From an uncultured virus (IMG/VR IMGVR_UViG_3300010938_000023) (Duplodnaviria; Heunggongvirae; Uroviricota; Caudoviricetes), in the IMG/VR virus record IMGVR_UViG_3300010938_000023: a stretch of DNA of 20,000 nt; one strand, written 5' to 3'. The first letter of the stretch is position 1, and each line of letters begins with the position of its first letter. This document shows, piece by piece, positions 15,865 to 20,000 of the stretch. The translations under genes and the position numbers were made by a program. The notes beneath the pieces are model-generated. The model saw only the letters and a list, made by a program, of their open reading frames with translations. It was not told the origin of the DNA and did no database searches.

Positions 15865-16853
15865 GCCCAGTCCGCGAGCTCGGATCCGGGCCGGTGTGCG
15901 AGATAGCTTTGGAGCTTACTGATCGCTTGGTTCCAGAGACAGGAGACGGTCTGGAGCGAGCAGCCCAACTGGATCGCGAGCTCCGCAGGCGATTGGCTAT
16001 GGCCGTCGCGCAGTCCGAGCCGGCCGATAACGACGGTCCGTTCGGTATAGTCCAGGACCTGATCCAGAAGCTGCAGGCAGGCCCCTTCCAGGGCCTGGTT
16101 AATGACCTGGTCCGCGACCGGTACCGCCTCCAGGTCCGGCAGTTGGTCCAGCCAGCTGGCCTCCGTGGGCTCATCGGACCGGTCCGGGCCGAGCAACGGA
16201 TAGGGCTCATCCAAGGATCGGACCGACCGGAACAGGCCCGGGCCGACCCCCGGCTGGAACGGGTCAGGCCCAGCGGCCGCCTGGTCCGGCTCGGGACCTG
16301 GCTCCAGGCCCGGCTCGAGTGCCAGCTCCGGATCGCGGACGCGGTTCGGTCGGGCCCGATCCAGCCAGTGGGGCGGGATCCGAACGGGATAGCCGGTACG
16401 TGCAATGGCACGTGTGATCGCTTGATAGATCCAGGGGACGGCATAGGTCGAGAACCGGTATCCGGGCCGCCACTTCTGGATCGCACGGTGCAGCCCGAAA
16501 TAGCCTTCCTGGACCAAGTCTTCGAGCGTGAGCAGGCCCGTATCCTGGCGGTGATAGATATAGGCCGCGACCCAATAGACCAGTCGCAGGTTGAGCTGAA
16601 CGAACTGCTGATAGGCTTGGGTATCGCCCCGTTGGGCTCGCGCCAACATCTGCCGTTCCTGACGGGCCGAACAGGGGTGCGGCAGGGTCTGGTCCAAGAG
16701 CTGGACCAGCGGCGGCCGGATCATGGGGTCCGGGCTGGAGCAATCGGAGATGCGGTCGGGCCGGACCGTATGGACCGCGTGCCGGGCCAGGTCCGGCTGG
16801 ACCAAACGGGCCGCGTAGGAGAGTGCTGGCATAATAGAGAAGGACGCTCCCAT
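15861..16853 (-). CDS. RNA polymerase sigma-70 family factor, RpoD/RpoS-like; start uncertain
   Basis: Region 1.2/2: ERQMLARAQRGDTQAYQQFVQLNLRLV, EDLVQEGYFGLHRAIQKW, RFSTYAVPWIYQAITRAIARTGYPVRIP. Region 3.2: SLDEP. Region 4: ERTVVIGRLGLRDG...AELAIQLGCS...AISKL. Confidence 0.92.
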   Translation of the reverse strand: MGASFSIMPALSYAARLVQPDLARHAVHTVRPDRISDCSSPDPMIRPPLVQLLDQTLPHPCSARQERQMLARAQRGDTQAYQQFVQLNLRLVYWVAAYIYHRQDTGLLTLEDLVQEGYFGLHRAIQKWRPGYRFSTYAVPWIYQAITRAIARTGYPVRIPPHWLDRARPNRVRDPELALEPGLEPGPEPDQAAAGPDPFQPGVGPGLFRSVRSLDEPYPLLGPDRSDEPTEASWLDQLPDLEAVPVADQVINQALEGACLQLLDQVLDYTERTVVIGRLGLRDGHSQSPAELAIQLGCSLQTVSCLWNQAISKLQSYLAHRPGSELADWA

Positions 16854-16898
16854 CTAGCGAAATTTTGAGAAAGGGGCATCGTTAAGGTTTTTCAGACG

Positions 16899-16927
16899 AT
16901 GACAGCACCAATCTCGTCCGATATTAT
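16899..16927 (+). promoter_or_regulatory. Possible divergent sigma70-like promoter ATGACA-N17-TATTAT facing the groES cluster
   Basis: One mismatch in each hexamer, 17-nt spacer. The -10 overlaps the -10 of the minus-strand promoter. Confidence 0.4.
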
Positions 16928-17252
16928 ACAGCATCCCGGCCAGCCCTGTCAAGTGCCATCAGCAGCCACTCCGGTGAGGCCGGTGAGGTCCGGGCCAGCT
17001 CGATCCAGATTGGTCCGAGAGCTGGTGCCCTCGAATGAGGGGCCCGTCCCGGAAACGGCCCTGCTTTTCCCACGATTGGGCTATCATGTGGGTCCGATCC
17101 AGCCGTTGCAGCTGCTATTGGAGCTGCTCTGGCTCGATACGGACGAGCTGGTCCAGGCTTTAGGCCAGTTAGGTCGGACCGATCTGCTGGAACGATTGGG
17201 GCTCGGGCCCGCCAGTTCCGAACCGCAGGGGCCGAGTGGGGAGGGCGAGTAA
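16899..17252 (+). CDS. Hypothetical protein; true start probably downstream (in-frame GTG/TTG at 16953, 16974, 16983, 17010)
   Basis: The ORF stops 1 nt before the groES ATG and its Leu-rich C-terminal half looks protein-like. The listed 5' end overlaps promoter elements. Confidence 0.45.
   Translation: MTAPISSDIIQHPGQPCQVPSAATPVRPVRSGPARSRLVRELVPSNEGPVPETALLFPRLGYHVGPIQPLQLLLELLWLDTDELVQALGQLGRTDLLERLGLGPASSEPQGPSGEGE
16923..16952 (-). promoter_or_regulatory. Consensus sigma70/sigmaA promoter TTGACA-N18-TATAAT facing the sigma factor gene
   Basis: Plus-strand TGTCAA at 16947-16952 and ATTATA at 16923-16928 give perfect hexamers with an 18-nt spacer, about 70 nt upstream of the sigma ORF. 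Confidence 0.8.
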
Positions 17253-17253
17253 G

Positions 17254-17646
17254 ATGCAAGCTGGCCCGTTGGACCGAGCCGAGCCCGGTCTTCGCCCGTT
17301 AGGGGGCTATGTCCTGATTGAGCCCTTACCGGAGACCGACTGGTCCGTCCTGATTGCAGACCCGCAACGTTCGACCAGTCCCATTCCGCCCCTGACCCGG
17401 GGCCGCGTCCGAGCGATCGGGCCCGGCAAGTATAACCGGGCCGGCACCCGATCCAGCCAGACCCAGTTTACAGTCGGCCAGGTGGTCCGATTCGAGCGGT
17501 ACCATGCCTTGGAAGTAACGGGTTCAGACGGTCAGACCTATTACTTAATCGATGAGTACCATATCCTAGCAGCCGAGTCCGGTCCGGACGAGGCCAAAGT
17601 ACAGACTTCGGGTGGAGGCCAGTTTGCCAGATGTTCTGTCCCGTAG
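17254..17646 (+). CDS. groES: GroES/Cpn10 co-chaperonin homolog (130 aa)
   Basis: LRPLGGYVLIEP...RGRVRAIGPGK...FTVGQVVRFERY...EVTGSDGQTYYLIDEYHILA matches the Cpn10 pattern. GGGGAGG RBS supports ATG 17254. Confidence 0.9.
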   Translation: MQAGPLDRAEPGLRPLGGYVLIEPLPETDWSVLIADPQRSTSPIPPLTRGRVRAIGPGKYNRAGTRSSQTQFTVGQVVRFERYHALEVTGSDGQTYYLIDEYHILAAESGPDEAKVQTSGGGQFARCSVP

Positions 17647-18047
17647 AGCTTCGGGGTCGGTACTACCCGACGGAGACGGTCCGGGGCTGTGAGGACTATC
17701 ACGAGTGTCCAGTCTGTTACCGGTGCCAGAGCTATCAGCCGACCCGAGCCAAGTGCAATCGGTGCGAATCGGTCCGAGTCTGGTCCGGGCCGGGTGAGTC
17801 CCAGCCGGTCCGGACCTGTCCGCATCGGACCGAACGGGCAGTACTGGCCGATGCCAAGCTCCTGGTCCAACACTATCGGTCGCCGTTATATCATCCGCAG
17901 CGGGCCCTAGAGCCGGGCCGGATCCGGGTCCCGAGCCGGTCGGAGGCCCAGCAGCTACGTGACAAGCTGTTCCGACAGGTCTGGTCGAAGCTCCAGATCG
18001 GCCCGGAACGGGAGCGGCAGCCAGGTGCTAAGCCCGTAAAGGCTTAA
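17631..18047 (+). CDS. Cys-rich putative Zn-binding protein (138 aa)
   Basis: HECPVCYRC...KCNRC...CPH motifs, GGAGG upstream, 16-nt overlap with the end of groES. Confidence 0.6.
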   Translation: MFCPVELRGRYYPTETVRGCEDYHECPVCYRCQSYQPTRAKCNRCESVRVWSGPGESQPVRTCPHRTERAVLADAKLLVQHYRSPLYHPQRALEPGRIRVPSRSEAQQLRDKLFRQVWSKLQIGPERERQPGAKPVKA

Positions 18048-18071
18048 ACAGGGACAAGACAGGGACAAGAC
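18048..18071. repeat. 11-bp tandem repeat ACAGGGACAAG x2 filling the intergenic space
   Basis: Exact copies at 18048-18058 and 18059-18069, then AC. Confidence 0.85.
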
Positions 18072-18072
18072 G

Positions 18073-18429
18073 ATGTTGAGACTCATCAAACGCAATCGGG
18101 TGGTCGCATTAGTGCCCGACCAGGGGACCGAGACCGTCTGGCTCAAGCCGGAGCAAGCCGCTACGGGCCAGATCCACTGTCCTCAGTGTGGGGCGGGCCC
18201 ATGGTCAGGCCAGAGCCTGCCAGAGACCTGTCCCGGCTGTGGGGATCGATTGAAACTGGCTCCAGCCAATAGGCCGGGGCAGCCAGCAACGGCTGAAACG
18301 GGAGCAGATAGAGCACCGGCGAGCTCGGGTCCAGCCGCCGACCCGGTACCAGCCTCAGCCCGGGCAGACACGGCAGCCGAACCAGGGCCGGAGGCTCCCC
18401 AACCCATTGATCCGCCCCGGTTCGTTTGA
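18073..18429 (+). CDS. Zinc-ribbon protein with an Ala/Pro-rich disordered tail (118 aa)
   Basis: CPQCG...CPGCG pair, AGGGA upstream, co-oriented with the groES cluster. Confidence 0.6.
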   Translation: MLRLIKRNRVVALVPDQGTETVWLKPEQAATGQIHCPQCGAGPWSGQSLPETCPGCGDRLKLAPANRPGQPATAETGADRAPASSGPAADPVPASARADTAAEPGPEAPQPIDPPRFV

Positions 18430-18853
18430 CTTTGGCCCGGAGCTGGTCCAGTAACCGGCCAGAGACGGTCGTAGTCAGGTTCAGGGGATAGTCCATAAGC
18501 TGGACCGGCCAGAGCGGATGGGGGGCGCGGTCCGTCAGGACCCAGATCGTCTGCTGCCGGTACAGACTATAGGTCAGTAACGGGAGGCAGGGCAGCTTGG
18601 TCCGAGCCTGGAACTGACGAGCCTGGTCTTGGACCCGCTGGAGCTTCTGCCGATTGAGCAGAAGCGCCAGCTGCTGGGTCGATTGATGGTCCAGCATCAG
18701 GATCGGCCAACGGGCCAAAGGGTCCCACGCAAGCACATCACCCTTCAGTAACGGGTCCTTATGTCGGCCCGAGCTGGGCTGGGCCCGAGCATACCAGCCA
18801 TGTCGGGCCAGAAGCTCAACCAGACGGAGCTCACAACGACGACTGAACTGCAT
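18161..18853 (-). CDS. Hjc-like Holliday junction resolvase / PD-(D/E)XK nuclease fold; the C-terminal ~90 aa may be a non-functional extension
   Basis: RRCELRLVELLARHGWYARAQPSSG...KGDVLAW...ILMLDHQST follows the Hjc pattern E..L...L...G....R...SG...D+.A...+ExKS. GGGGTG lies 9 nt before ATG 18853; alternative start TTG 18871. Confidence 0.65.
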   Translation of the reverse strand: MQFSRRCELRLVELLARHGWYARAQPSSGRHKDPLLKGDVLAWDPLARWPILMLDHQSTQQLALLLNRQKLQRVQDQARQFQARTKLPCLPLLTYSLYRQQTIWVLTDRAPHPLWPVQLMDYPLNLTTTVSGRLLDQLRAKVKRTGADQWVGEPPALVRLPCLPGLRLVPGRRLDPSSPVLYLLPFQPLLAAPAYWLEPVSIDPHSRDRSLAGSGLTMGPPHTEDSGSGP

Positions 18854-18929
18854 CGTAGAAAAACACCCCAAATTGGACCCAGGTCTGAGAGCCCCATAGA
18901 CTCTTTAATAGGACGAGCAGTAGATATGC

Positions 18930-19811
18930 GTGAAAGATTATAGCGGGGCCCAGGAGCCAGACTCTTCGATGCGTAACCGTGAGGCAGGAGCGCAGCCGGG
19001 CCGGGCCCGGAGCCGGCCCGCAGGCCCCGTGGGGCTGAGCTCCCGTGAGATATTCCAGCTGGTGGACGAGTATCGGGCCGGGTTCGAGATCGAGCAGCAG
19101 GGCCGGAAACGGACGTTCCGGCCGGTGTCAGACCCGGTCCGGTGGGCTCAATCGAAAAAAGCGGCCGAGCAGCTGCTCATCGCGTTCGAGCCGTTACTGG
19201 TGGAGTACAAGCAGTTCATTCGGACAGGTGTCCCGACCGATAACACACGGAACCTGGCCCGATACTTCGTGCCGGAACTGCTGCAGTTATCGATGGCTTC
19301 AATCGAGGATGAGGATGTGGAGGGTGAGCTGAGGCTATGTCTGCTCCAGTTCTGCTTGAAATGGGATGGGATCGTACAGAACTTCCATTGGGAAGTATCA
19401 AACTGGATCAGCCGTATGACCAAGGACATTTTCACCTGGCGTCCACCGCTCAGCAAGAGCACCACCCTCTGCGATCCCGAAAGCCAGTGCCTGCAGCAAG
19501 AGTCCGAGTGTGACTTTTCCGATAGTGTGATTGAGCAGCTGGAACGAGAACGGGTCTTGGCCTGGCTGAGGGCGCATGTGCCCTGCCAAAGGGGGTACTG
19601 GACGGAGCTATTCACAGAGGCAGAATGTGAGTATCTGAGGGTGATGCTCTCCGGGCGGGCAGAAGAGCAGTTCAGCGTACAGCAGATCAACCAATTCACG
19701 CAACAGATTGCAGACAAGGTGCGGTCCGTACTGGACAGTGAGCTGGCCTCAGCACCAGGTTCCGGTGGGCCAAGCCCAAGTGTGAGCTATCATTATCAGC
19801 CGGTATTTTAA
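18930..19811 (+). CDS. Divergent phage-type sigma-factor-like protein (293 aa); start uncertain
   Basis: EIFQLVDEYRAG...AAEQLLIAFEPLL...EDVEGELRLCLLQFCLKWD resembles sigma region 2. FTEAECEYLRVML...FSVQQI resembles the start of region 4. Confidence 0.5.
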   Translation: MKDYSGAQEPDSSMRNREAGAQPGRARSRPAGPVGLSSREIFQLVDEYRAGFEIEQQGRKRTFRPVSDPVRWAQSKKAAEQLLIAFEPLLVEYKQFIRTGVPTDNTRNLARYFVPELLQLSMASIEDEDVEGELRLCLLQFCLKWDGIVQNFHWEVSNWISRMTKDIFTWRPPLSKSTTLCDPESQCLQQESECDFSDSVIEQLERERVLAWLRAHVPCQRGYWTELFTEAECEYLRVMLSGRAEEQFSVQQINQFTQQIADKVRSVLDSELASAPGSGGPSPSVSYHYQPVF

Positions 19812-19815
19812 GGTC

Positions 19816-19880
19816 TTTGGTGTGGGTGTGTGGGGGGTGGTGTGGGGGTTGGTAGTAGGGGAGGTTGGGGGTGGTGGAGG
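19816..19880 (+). other. C-free G/T-rich tract with five runs of three or more G; potential G-quadruplex
   Basis: G runs at 19824-26, 19832-37, 19844-48, 19858-61 and 19867-71. No C from 19816 to 19887. Confidence 0.6.
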
Positions 19881-20000
19881 AAGAAAGCGGTTTTCAAATA
19901 GCGGACTATACCGCATCAAGGAATGAGGGCTGCAGTTCTGCGTGCGGTGTTCCGAACGGCGCGTAAAGTTCGACGGGAATATCCAAGGCCTTCAGATGCT

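Larger units (their letters stand above)
1..20000. mobile_element. Probable large bacteriophage (or prophage/phage-like element) genome segment
   Basis: Co-oriented, tightly packed large hypothetical proteins (one with CBM/Ig-like domains), a holin-like protein, HIRAN, lone GroES, Hjc-like nuclease and two sigma-like factors. No housekeeping operons. No hallmark capsid or terminase gene in the window. Confidence 0.8.

Noticed and set aside
15894..16868. 324-aa plus-strand ORF
   Set aside because: It is the antisense shadow of the clearly recognisable sigma factor and has no motifs of its own.
1..20000. CRISPR array, tRNA/rRNA, diversity-generating retroelement, transposase, stop-codon reassignment
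   Set aside because: I saw no spaced repeats, RNA-gene signatures, reverse transcriptase, TR/VR pair or transposase motifs. TAG, TGA and TAA all end genes at sensible boundaries.

Overview
GC-rich 20 kb scaffold segment with one 10-N gap at 13711-13720. It most likely comes from a large, divergent bacteriophage; this is inferred, because no terminase, capsid or integrase is in the window. Bases 133-15864 (+) carry large putative virion proteins. One has a CBM4/9-like domain plus Ig-like domains, and four others share three sequence motifs and look paralogous. Between them lie a holin-like 2-TM protein, a class I SAM methyltransferase (Methyltransf_24-like) and a HIRAN protein. The right end encodes an RpoD/RpoS-like sigma factor on the minus strand behind a TTGACA-N18-TATAAT promoter, a GroES co-chaperonin, two Cys-rich proteins, an Hjc-like nuclease with an altered catalytic motif, a second divergent sigma-like protein and a C-free G-tract region. 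The most unusual signal is compositional. The DNA is dense in GGNCC and other short palindromes in all reading frames, a few lower-GC segments largely lack them, and the two near-identical copies flanking the gap differ only at GGGCC(C) motifs, including an apparent micro-inversion. All protein assignments are by-eye motif recognition, not database results.
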